A stretch of DNA of 64,000 nucleotides, taken from assembly GCA_030267125.1 (NCBI GenBank), contig JAJDJJ010000002.1, forward strand, positions 29,934-93,933. The letters run 5' to 3'. Made by a program: the position numbers and the translations under genes. The stretch is from Bacteroidales bacterium OttesenSCG-928-B11. GTDB lineage: Bacteria > Bacteroidota > Bacteroidia > Bacteroidales > WCHB1-69. Shown piece after piece: positions 27,099-36,500 of the stretch (its first letter is position 1; every line of letters begins with the position of its first letter). Under the pieces are notes generated by a model. It ran no database searches, was not told where the DNA came from, and was given only the letters and a program-made list of their open reading frames with translations.

Positions 27099-27614
27099 AT
27101 GGTTGATAGCAGTAAAATCAGAGTTGTGCCGGATTTCCCTACCGAAGGGATAAAATTCTATGATATCACCACCATTCTCAATGATCCGACCGAATTTCAA
27201 AATGTGTTTCAAGCGCTCCTTACGGAAGCGAAAAAGATGAACCCCGAGGTGATCATTGCGTTAGAGGCACGGGGTTATTTTTTTGCACCGGCCATAGCAC
27301 TTGCGCTGAATATTCCTTTTGTGCCGGTGCGCAAAAAGGGGAAACTGCCATTCCATACTTTCCAGGAGACCTATGATCTCGAGTATGGTCAAGCGTCCAT
27401 TGAGATTCACAATGATGCCATTCGACCGCATAGCCGGATATTGCTGTTCGATGATGTGCTGGCAACCGGTGGGACTGCACAAGCTGCGATCAAATTACTC
27501 AACCACTTTGAGCCCAAAGATATTTCCGCCCTTTTCTATATCGAACTGCCCGCATTACATGGTCGGGAAAAGTTGACCGGTGTGGAGAATATCGTTAGCC
27601 TGATTACATTTTAA
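27099..27614 (+). CDS. apt: adenine phosphoribosyltransferase
   Basis: IRVVPDFPTEGIKFYDITTIL and the PRPP loop LLFDDVLATGGTA. Confidence 0.95.
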   Translation: MVDSSKIRVVPDFPTEGIKFYDITTILNDPTEFQNVFQALLTEAKKMNPEVIIALEARGYFFAPAIALALNIPFVPVRKKGKLPFHTFQETYDLEYGQASIEIHNDAIRPHSRILLFDDVLATGGTAQAAIKLLNHFEPKDISALFYIELPALHGREKLTGVENIVSLITF

Positions 27615-27658
27615 GATAGATAATTTCATTTTATTAACACACATAAAAACAGATAGAT

Positions 27659-28684
27659 ATGAAAAATATTGATTGGAAAAACTTACCTTTCGGCTATGTA
27701 AAAACCGATTACAACGTACGCTGTTATTTTAGAGACGGCAAATGGGGCGAGTTGGAAGTGTGCTCTTCCGAAAATGTGAGCATGCACATGGCCGCAACGT
27801 GTTTGCACTACGGTCAATCCGCTTTTGAAGGGATGAAAGCCTATCGCGGAAAAGATGATAAAGTACGCCTTTTCAGATGGGAAGAAAATTGCAAACGATT
27901 GAAGCTTTCCGCAGAGACGATCTTGATGGAGCCCGTTCCGGAAAAGATCTTCAAAGAAGCTTGTTTTAAAGCGGTTCAACTCAACTCGGAGTACATTCCG
28001 CCTTACGGAACCGGTGGTTCACTCTATCTCCGCCCGTTATTGATCGGAACCGGAGCAAAAGTGGGTGTTAGTCCTGCGGACGAATATCTGTTCTTGGTTT
28101 TTGTTACTCCTGTTGGTCCCTATTTCAAAGAGGGTTTCAAACCGGTTAAGATGCAGTTAGTAAAAGATTTTGACCGTGCTGCTCCCCTTGGAACAGGTCA
28201 TGCGAAAGTAGGCGGAAACTATGCTGCCAGCTTGCGTGCCGGCAACAGGGCTCACAAAGAAGGCTTTGCCGCTTCGATTTTTGCCGATGCTAAAACCAAA
28301 ACAATGGTCGATGAAGCAGGCCCCGCCAACTTCTTCGGTATTAAAGATAACAAATATATCACCCCTGATTCATCTTCTATCTTGCAATCTATCACGAACA
28401 TGAGCATCAGGGATATCGCAACCGAATTGGGCTTGACTGTGGAAAGAAGACATGTGTTACTTGATGAATTGGGTACCTTCGAGGAAGCTGGTGCTTGCGG
28501 AACAGCAGCAGTAATTTCTCCCATCGGCATGATTCAAGACCGTGAAACCGGTAAAGAATATATTTATTCGAAAGACGGCCAGCCAGGACCTTGGAGCACA
28601 AAACTTTATAAATACCTGACAGGAGTGCAATACGGAGAGATTGAAGACAAATTTAACTGGTGCGAAATTGTTGAATTAACATAA
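27659..28684 (+). CDS. ilvE: branched-chain amino acid aminotransferase
   Basis: 341 aa. LHYGQSAFEGMKAY, GSLYLRPLLIGTG and GGNYAASL are fold-type IV aminotransferase motifs. Confidence 0.92.
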   Translation: MKNIDWKNLPFGYVKTDYNVRCYFRDGKWGELEVCSSENVSMHMAATCLHYGQSAFEGMKAYRGKDDKVRLFRWEENCKRLKLSAETILMEPVPEKIFKEACFKAVQLNSEYIPPYGTGGSLYLRPLLIGTGAKVGVSPADEYLFLVFVTPVGPYFKEGFKPVKMQLVKDFDRAAPLGTGHAKVGGNYAASLRAGNRAHKEGFAASIFADAKTKTMVDEAGPANFFGIKDNKYITPDSSSILQSITNMSIRDIATELGLTVERRHVLLDELGTFEEAGACGTAAVISPIGMIQDRETGKEYIYSKDGQPGPWSTKLYKYLTGVQYGEIEDKFNWCEIVELT

Positions 28685-28732
28685 TTTAACTTTTTCCTTG
28701 GATTTTAAGTGTATACGTGAAACCAAATGTTG

Positions 28733-28740
28733 TATGTTTG
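28733..28740 (+). promoter_or_regulatory. -7 promoter box (TATGTTTG)
   Basis: Perfect TAnnTTTG 23 nt upstream of the ATG at 28764. Confidence 0.45.
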
Positions 28741-28763
28741 CCACGTTATTTAACCATTAAAAA

Positions 28764-29000
28764 ATGATGAAAATGAAAAAATTATTTGCCCTTTTAGCTG
28801 TTGCAGCATTCATCTTTGCAGCTTGTAACCAAAAACCTGCCACTCAAGAAGAAAATGCAACGCAAGACACCGAACAAGTTGAATGTCAAGAAACAGAACC
28901 TGTAGCGGACATTGTTCCTCCAGCTGAAGAAGACATCAACGCTGAAGGCATGGACACAGAAGCTGCTCCCGCTGAAGACGCAACTGACGTTCAAGCATAA
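28764..29000 (+). CDS. small acidic lipoprotein, likely disordered, unknown function
   Basis: Lipobox FIFAACN. The mature part is about 55 aa and rich in E/D/T/A/Q. Flanked by its own -7 box and terminator. Confidence 0.6.
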   Translation: MMKMKKLFALLAVAAFIFAACNQKPATQEENATQDTEQVECQETEPVADIVPPAEEDINAEGMDTEAAPAEDATDVQA

Positions 29001-29026
29001 TCATGCATTTTGTGAAATAATTACGG

Positions 29027-29055
29027 GGCTGTCTCAAAAAAGGCAGCCTCTTTTT
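29027..29055 (+). terminator. rho-independent terminator
   Basis: GGCTGTCT (29027-29034) / AGGCAGCC (29041-29048), 8 bp including one G.U, followed by TCTTTTT. Confidence 0.7.
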
Positions 29056-29109
29056 ATAATAATCACTGAACATTACATCCCTTAAACATTAATCATCTAT
29101 CCTTATTTT

Positions 29110-30333
29110 ATGATTTTCACCCCTATCAACATCGGCCCTATCACGTTGCGGAATCGGACAATTCGTTCGGCGGCATTTGAAAATATGTGCTACGATAACA
29201 AACCATCCCAGGATCTCTTTGATTATCACGTGAGTGTGGCAAAAGGCGGCATCGGCATGACTACGATCGCCTATGCTTCGGTGAACCGTAGCGGTGTCTC
29301 GTTCAATGGGCAGCTGTGGATGCGCGAGGAGATCATCCCCGAGCTAAAGCATCTCACCGACACTATCCATGCGCAAGGAGCCAAAGCCGCTATCCAACTG
29401 GGACATTGCGGCAATATGACTCATCGCAATACTTGCGGACAAAAACCCGTCGGCGCCTCCAATGGATTTAACCTTTATTCACCTACTTTCTATCGGAAAT
29501 TAACAGAAAAAGAGATCGACGCGCTGGTTATAGATTTTGGAAAGGCGGTCAACTTGGCGAGAGACGCCGGCTTCGACTGTGTGGAAATCCACGCAGGGCA
29601 CGGTTATCTGATCAGTCAATTCCTATCGCCTTTCACTAACAAAAGAAGGGATAAATTTGGCGGCTCGTTAGAAAACCGGATGCGGTTTATGAAAATGGTG
29701 CTTGATGAAGTGATGAAGGCTGCAGGCGATGATATGGCTGTGGTAGTGAAAACCAACATGTATGATGGATTTCGCGGGGGATTGCAAATCGATGATTGCA
29801 TCACGATTGCCAAAGAAATTGAAAAATCAGGCGCTCATGCACTGGTGCTCTCCGCCGGTTTTGTGAGCCGAGCTCCAATGGCGGTGATGCGCGGAAACAT
29901 GCCGCACAAAACGCTGGCTTACTACATGGATATGAAGAAGTTTTGGTGGCTCAAAATCGGCATTCGATTGGCCGGGTGGTTGATTATTCCATCCGTAAAA
30001 TATGAAGATGCTTATTTCTTAGAAGATGCGAAAAAGTTCCGTAAAGCATTGAACATGCCTCTGATTTACGTAGGTGGTGTTAACAGCAAATCAACAATGG
30101 AAAAAGTGTTGGACGAAGGTTTCGCAGCCGTTCAAATGGCACGTTCCTTGGTTCATGATCCTGCATTTGTCAACAAAATTGCGGAAGGCGCAGAAGAGAG
30201 CGGTTGCAAACACTCCAACTACTGTATTGGCCGTATGTATACCCTCGAGATGAAATGCCACAATTGTGTGGAAAATCTGCCGGGAAAATTAGAAAAGGAG
30301 GTGAAGAAATTGGAGAAGAAATGGAAAGCATAA
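29110..30333 (+). CDS. NADH:flavin oxidoreductase, Old Yellow Enzyme family
   Basis: LRNRTIRSA, AIQLGHCG and DCVEIHAGHGYLISQFLSPFTNKRRDKFGGSLENRMRF are typical OYE / 2,4-dienoyl-CoA reductase-like TIM barrel motifs. Confidence 0.88.
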   Translation: MIFTPINIGPITLRNRTIRSAAFENMCYDNKPSQDLFDYHVSVAKGGIGMTTIAYASVNRSGVSFNGQLWMREEIIPELKHLTDTIHAQGAKAAIQLGHCGNMTHRNTCGQKPVGASNGFNLYSPTFYRKLTEKEIDALVIDFGKAVNLARDAGFDCVEIHAGHGYLISQFLSPFTNKRRDKFGGSLENRMRFMKMVLDEVMKAAGDDMAVVVKTNMYDGFRGGLQIDDCITIAKEIEKSGAHALVLSAGFVSRAPMAVMRGNMPHKTLAYYMDMKKFWWLKIGIRLAGWLIIPSVKYEDAYFLEDAKKFRKALNMPLIYVGGVNSKSTMEKVLDEGFAAVQMARSLVHDPAFVNKIAEGAEESGCKHSNYCIGRMYTLEMKCHNCVENLPGKLEKEVKKLEKKWKA

Positions 30334-30363
30334 TCATTTTAAATTATTGAAATTTCGTTCATT

Positions 30364-31635
30364 ATGAAGAATAGTGCTCTTTTAGTCCTCTTTTTTTGTC
30401 TGATTGCAAACGTTTTCTCTCAACTTCCCGGAGAGGTGAAATATGATAACCGTGTGTATGTTCCTGGAATTGAGAGTATCAAGATCCGTGTTACGGGTAC
30501 CGATTTCGGACAGCCGATCATCAAGTTGGGTTCCAGCGAAACGCTGACATTAGATTTCGATGATCTGTTGCAAGAATCCCGCTACCTGAAATATACAATC
30601 ATCCATTGTACACACGATTGGAAAAAATCGGATATGAACACATTAGACTATATCGCGGGTTTTATGGATGATGAAATAACCGAATATTCCTACTCTTTCA
30701 ACACGATCCAACACTATTTACACTATACATTAGAATTCCCCAACAACAATATAAAGCCTATAAAATCCGGAAATTATCTTTTGTACGTTTTTGATGGCGA
30801 TATGGATAATCCGGTGCTGACCCGTCGTTTTATGATCATTGAGGAGCAGCAAGTCGGCATTACCGGTTCGGTGCATGCAGCAACCAATGTTACGGATATG
30901 TACACCAAACAAGAGATTGATTTTGTGGTAAATCCCGGGATGTACAATATCCGCAATCCCAAGATGTACATGCATGCCACCATTATGCAAAACGGCCGAT
31001 GGGATAATGCAATCATGGGATTGACTTACCGGTCGGGAACGCCCGGTGAGCTGAGTTTCGATTACGATAACAACGAGAATGTGATGAACGGGGGGGCTGA
31101 ATTTCGAGTATTCGACATCAGAAGTCTCCGTTATAATGGAACCCGCGTGGTTTCAGTTGCCTTTAAGAATCGCACCAATCAAATCTATCTGGTGGAAGAT
31201 GCCGCCCGTCCATTTGGCGCATACGAAAGCAATGCCACGCTAAAAGGCCGTTGTTACTACAAAAATGAGGATTTCAGCGGTACAAACACTGAAGATTACG
31301 CTATCGTTCATTTTGCCCTCCGTGCTGATTTTCCTTTTACTGACGGTGACGTTTACGTCTTCGGAGAACTGACCGACTGGCATATCAAAGAGGAAGCGAA
31401 ACTCGTTCTCAACCCTGTCACAAACTATTGGGAAACACAACTTTTTTTGAAACAAGGTTTCTATAATTACCAATATGCTTATGTGAAAAATGGTACAAAT
31501 ATCATCGATGAAACCTTCATTGAGGGTAACCACTGGCAAACCCACAATGACTATACCATCCTGATTTATTTGCAAGATGAAGGCACGATTTATGATAAAC
31601 TCGTAGGAGTAAAATATTTGAATATCGCACAATAA
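30364..31635 (+). CDS. DUF5103 / type IX secretion plug-like protein
   Basis: Signal peptide. The pattern PIIKLGSSETLTLDFDDL...YTIIHCTHDWKKSDM...SGNYLLYVFDGD..PVLTRRFMIIE matches my memory of the DUF5103 (T9SS_plug) N-terminal domain. Confidence 0.5.
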   Translation: MKNSALLVLFFCLIANVFSQLPGEVKYDNRVYVPGIESIKIRVTGTDFGQPIIKLGSSETLTLDFDDLLQESRYLKYTIIHCTHDWKKSDMNTLDYIAGFMDDEITEYSYSFNTIQHYLHYTLEFPNNNIKPIKSGNYLLYVFDGDMDNPVLTRRFMIIEEQQVGITGSVHAATNVTDMYTKQEIDFVVNPGMYNIRNPKMYMHATIMQNGRWDNAIMGLTYRSGTPGELSFDYDNNENVMNGGAEFRVFDIRSLRYNGTRVVSVAFKNRTNQIYLVEDAARPFGAYESNATLKGRCYYKNEDFSGTNTEDYAIVHFALRADFPFTDGDVYVFGELTDWHIKEEAKLVLNPVTNYWETQLFLKQGFYNYQYAYVKNGTNIIDETFIEGNHWQTHNDYTILIYLQDEGTIYDKLVGVKYLNIAQ

Positions 31636-31650
31636 TAAAACCTAACTATT

Positions 31651-32595
31651 ATGAATACAAAATACGCCATAGGCATTGACATCGGTGGAACTAACACCGA
31701 TATGGGATTGGTGGATCGGAATGGGAATTGCATCCGAAACATCCGGTTTTCAACTTCTGATCATGCTGATGTAGAGCGATTTGTTGATTGTCTGGTCGAC
31801 CATATTGAAATACTGATTTCGGATATCAATATGGAGGAATTATCGGGTATCGGAGTGGGAGTGCCCAACGGCAACTATTACACCGGTTGCATTGATAATG
31901 CCGTAAACCTCAACTTCAACGGCAAAATTCACCTTCGCGATATGATCCGGAAACGGATTGATGCGGAGGTAGTGATCTCTAATGACGCTAATGCGGCGGC
32001 TTACGGAGAGATGATCTACGGAGCTGCTCAAGGCATGCGCCATTTCATCATGTTCACACTCGGCACCGGCGTTGGAAGCGGCATTGTGATCGATGGAAAA
32101 TTAGTACACGGATTTGACGGTTATGCCGGAGAACTAGGACATGCAATCCTTCATCCCGAAGGAAGGTTATGTGGCTGTGGCAGAAAAGGTTGCTTGGAAC
32201 AGTACACTTCAGCGCGAGGTATCAAAAGAACCTATCTCGAATTACTGGAGCTAAGCGGGAGTAAATTCTCTGAAAAAGAATTGGAAAACATTAGCAGCAA
32301 AGAGATTGCCGAAAAAGCGGTGCAAGGTGACGTATTGGCAATCCAAACCTATCAAATGGTGGGTCACGCATTGGGCTTGGCAATGGCAAATGCCGTAACT
32401 TTTTCTTCCCCAGAAGCCATCTTTTTGATGGGTGGTCCGGTAAAAGCGGGAAAAATACTGCTTGATCCTATTCGCAAATCATTTGACGACAATATTTTAT
32501 CGATATACAAAGGAAATGTGAAAATATTGGTTTCGGGATTAGACGAGAACCAATCCGCTATTTTGGGCGCTGCCGCACTGACGAATAAGGTGTAG
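31651..32595 (+). CDS. ROK family sugar kinase (glucokinase-like)
   Basis: IGIDIGGTNTD, the ROK signature region GAGVGSGIVIDGKLVHG..GYAGELGH, and the Cys motif CGCGRKGCLE. Confidence 0.9.
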   Translation: MNTKYAIGIDIGGTNTDMGLVDRNGNCIRNIRFSTSDHADVERFVDCLVDHIEILISDINMEELSGIGVGVPNGNYYTGCIDNAVNLNFNGKIHLRDMIRKRIDAEVVISNDANAAAYGEMIYGAAQGMRHFIMFTLGTGVGSGIVIDGKLVHGFDGYAGELGHAILHPEGRLCGCGRKGCLEQYTSARGIKRTYLELLELSGSKFSEKELENISSKEIAEKAVQGDVLAIQTYQMVGHALGLAMANAVTFSSPEAIFLMGGPVKAGKILLDPIRKSFDDNILSIYKGNVKILVSGLDENQSAILGAAALTNKV

Positions 32596-33586
32596 CTTTG
32601 ATGGTGGAAAAATCAGCCGATAAATACTTGAAGTATCCATAGATAGCAATCATGGCCGCATTATCGGTGGTCAAGTCTAAGGAAGGAAGGAAGATGTTGC
32701 GGTTGTATCTTTTTCCAATATCAAGCATGGCATTCCGTAAACCGGAATTAGCCGCTACTCCGCCAGCTAAAGCAATGTCTTTCAGATCATAACGACGGAT
32801 CACTTCTTTAACTTTATCGGTCAGGGAGCGGATGATTGCCGCTTGGATGGAAGCCGCTAAATCATTCAAATTCTCTTCAATGAAATTGGGATTCTCTTTC
32901 AGATTATCTCTCACAAAATAGAGAAAAGAGGTTTTTAATCCGCTAAAACTGTATTGTAAATCAGGAAGATGTGCCGTTGAAAATTTAAACCGGTCTGGAT
33001 TCCCTTCTTGCGCCAACCTGTCGATTACGGGACCACCAGGATAAGGAAGTCCCAAGATTTTCGCTGCCTTGTCAAAGGCTTCGCCTGCCGCATCATCAAT
33101 GGTTCCCCCAAGCAGTTCCATATCAAAGTAATCGTTCACTTTCAGCAGTTGGGTGTGCCCACCAGAAACAGTGAGGCATAAGTAAGGAAACAAGGGTTTT
33201 AGCTTTTCCTCTCCGGGTTTTTCGGCGAAGATAGCGAGCACATGCGCCTGCAAGTGGTCCACCTCGATCAGCGGGATTTCGAGACTATAGGCCATCGCCT
33301 TGGCAAAAGAACTGCCTACCAGTAGGGAACCCAGTAAACCGGGACCATTGGTATAAGCGATAGCGGATAACTCATTTTTGCTTATTTTTGCGCGCTTTAG
33401 GGCAGTCTCAACGACAGGGATGATATTCTGCTGATGCGCCCGGGAAGCCAATTCGGGAACCACGCCACCATACTCGGAATGTACTTTCTGATTGGCGATT
33501 ACGTTGGATAAAATGGTTGTACCCGAAAGAACTGCCGCCGAAGTGTCATCGCACGATGACTCAATGCCTAAAATATATTTTGTCAT
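32558..33586 (-). CDS. tsaD: tRNA N6-adenosine threonylcarbamoyltransferase
   Basis: MTKYILGIESSCDDTSAAV..., LTVSGGHTQL and ALAGGVAANSGLR. The ATG at 33586 is preferred over the upstream TTG at 33595. Confidence 0.95.
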   Translation of the reverse strand: MTKYILGIESSCDDTSAAVLSGTTILSNVIANQKVHSEYGGVVPELASRAHQQNIIPVVETALKRAKISKNELSAIAYTNGPGLLGSLLVGSSFAKAMAYSLEIPLIEVDHLQAHVLAIFAEKPGEEKLKPLFPYLCLTVSGGHTQLLKVNDYFDMELLGGTIDDAAGEAFDKAAKILGLPYPGGPVIDRLAQEGNPDRFKFSTAHLPDLQYSFSGLKTSFLYFVRDNLKENPNFIEENLNDLAASIQAAIIRSLTDKVKEVIRRYDLKDIALAGGVAANSGLRNAMLDIGKRYNRNIFLPSLDLTTDNAAMIAIYGYFKYLSADFSTIKATPYSSVRQRPK

Positions 33587-33588
33587 AA

Positions 33589-36500
33589 ATGTCAACGAAA
33601 TTGAAACGCAAAATTAATAAAAAAACAAAGAGGGTTCTTCTTTCGTTGGCGGCATTGATCTTCGTCTTCTTTCTCCTTTTAACGCTTGTTTTCATTCCAC
33701 CCATCCAAAACCGTATCATTGAGAAAGTGACTAAAACGCTCTCTGAGAATTGGGAAAGTGATTTTAAGATTGGAAAAATATACCTCACCCCAACCTTGAA
33801 AATTGCCTTTGAAGATCTTGTAATCAACGATTTGGAACAAAATCCGATGATCAGGGTGGCGAAAGGAAAAACCCGGCTCAAAGGGTTTAATTTTTCACCC
33901 ATGAATCTCGCTTTCCATTTGTTGGAGTTAGATGGTGCAGAGGTGCTGTTAACCAAATATTTAGGCGAAGAATCTATCAATATCGGACTATGGGCCAAGC
34001 ATCTGAAGAAAAATGATGAGAAAAGCGACTTCAAACTCCGTGCCGATCGTTTGGTGATGACTGACAGCCGATTTTTAATTCACAATGAAAACACCATCTC
34101 TACTGGAAATACAGGTGAAAATATTGATTACGCTTTTTTGGAATTAAATAATATCACATTCAAAACGAAAGATTTCCAAGTCAACCGAGACGATATTTCA
34201 GCGGAGATCACCAAAATGTCTTTTTCACAATATTCGGGTTTTGAGTTACTGAATGCCAGCGCTTTCTTCCGGATCAACAGCAACGGACTGATGTTCAATA
34301 AGGGGAAGATCGCCACGGAGCACAGCATTATTTATTTGGATCTTAGTTTCGATTATGATCAATGGGGCAGTTATTCATCCTTTACGGATAGTGTGAGAAT
34401 CAAGGCAAACATCAGTCCTTCAATAGTGCATTTCTCTGATATAGCAAGATTTACACAAGCGTTGAAAGGCATGGATCAGTATGTGGTTTTTGCGGGAACG
34501 GTGAACGGAACTATCAATTCCATGCTAATCAATGATTTTTCCGTTTTTTTCAAAGAAACCAATACAGTACGGGGATCGATTTACATGGAAGACATTACCG
34601 ATTTCAAGCATGGTTATTATGATGTAACCTTGCGGGAAACATCGGTAAACATGTATGATTTAACAAAATTCCTGCTCCCCGGCGGGAAAAATACGCCAAT
34701 TCCGAAAGAACTTTATCCGTTGGGAAATACGGAACTTGAAGTGTCTTTTAAAGGGAATTTCAACACTTTCGCCTCCAAAATAAAACTCAACTCCCAACTC
34801 GGCAACGCCACGGCAAATCTCGACATGTATGAAACAAATGATCGTTATTCCTTTGAAGGAAAAGCATTCTCTCAAAATTTCAATGTTGGGAGATTAATTC
34901 CTGACAATAAAATTTTGGGTAATATCTCTTTCAATATTGCACTGAATGGTTATTCTTTGCTGGATCATAATCAAGGATTTAACATCGAAAAATCTTATGC
35001 GAATCTCACGGGAAAAGTAAACCGGTTCGACTTGTTCAACTATCCGGTGCAGGATATTTCGCTCAACGGGATGTTAAATGGTAAAAAGTTTGACGGTCGC
35101 ATCCATTCGGCAGATACGAATGTAAATTTCACTTTCAATGGAATCGTTGATTTAACCAATAAGATACCGAATTTTAAAAGTTACATCAGTGTTGCGCGAT
35201 TTGCTCCCGAGCCTTGTTTACAAAAATACCCTGTAAGCGACAGTGCGAAAGGGTTGGATAGAGCAGTTTATTTGGCTCAACAGAATCCAGATCTTATCTT
35301 CTCTTTTGACTCGTTAGAGTTGAATGTCCGCGGAGACCAACTGGATAATCTCAATGGCTTTGCCGGTGTAGACGGCATTTTATTTTCCAATGGGAAAGAT
35401 TCCATTTACGGTGAGCGGGTTCGATTAACGAGTATCACCACCGCAAGTGGAATTCATCGCTTCATCCTCACTTCTAATTTTTTAAATGCCACCATGTCAA
35501 CTAATTATCAACTTAAAAGATTGAAAGAATCTCTGCTTACTGTTGGCAACCGCTATTTTCCAAATATCGTTCCGGTGAGTGATGTCGTGCGAGAAGAAAC
35601 AATTGACACGCTAACAGGGATGCCCATTGAACAATACTTTGAGCTTTCGGCTGAAACGTTCCGACTCAAGGAGTTAATGGATATTCTGACACCCGGCATT
35701 CAAATCGCTCCAAGGTCTACTTGCGAATTGTATATCAGTTCTTTACGAAAAGACGATATGTTTAGATTCTCCACGAGACGGTTTCTTTTTAAGGATAAGT
35801 TCGAGTTATATGATCTTGATATTTCAGGACATAGCACAAGCGATTCGGTTTTTGATTTTGTCCTGTCGGGCGACAGTATTGTCATCAAACAGAAAAAAAA
35901 CAACATCTACTTTACGGAGCCGGCTGTAAAAGCGGAAATTGCGAACAATACTTTCACTTACGACCTCCACTGGAGAAATCCGGGAAACAAGAGGAAAGAG
36001 TCGTGGCTTTCGGGCTATGTTAACGCATCCAACAAAGATAGCATAGAAGCCAGGTTCCTATCTACCTCATTGAATATCAATGAAAATAGTTGGCATTTTA
36101 ACGAAGATCACCAAATCACCATTCACAATGCGGGTATAAATTTTAATAATTTGATTTTGGAGTCGGGGAGTAGTACAATCCAAGCTCATGGCTTGTTCTC
36201 TTTTCAAGAAAAAGATGACTTGGAAATCAAGATGAAAAACGTTGATTTAGCGCAATTTAACAATTTTGCAGCCAATTTCAATTTAGGGTTTGGCGGAGAT
36301 ATTTCAGCGGCTGTCCGAATTCGAAATTGGAACGGACAGCGTCTTTTCACCGGTAGATTATTGGTTAGTGATTTCCTATTTAATGATTCCGAGATGGGAA
36401 ATCTATTTGTAACCGCCGCTGTGCCGGAGAATACAAACATCGCCTTTGCCGGAGGACTATTCGATCGAGAAGAACCTATAAATTCCGCAACGATAACGAA

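Noticed and set aside
33561-34034. 157-aa minus-strand ORF antisense to the tamB 5' end
   Set aside because: A shadow ORF inside tamB with no recognisable features. Its start would lie within tamB and its end within tsaD.
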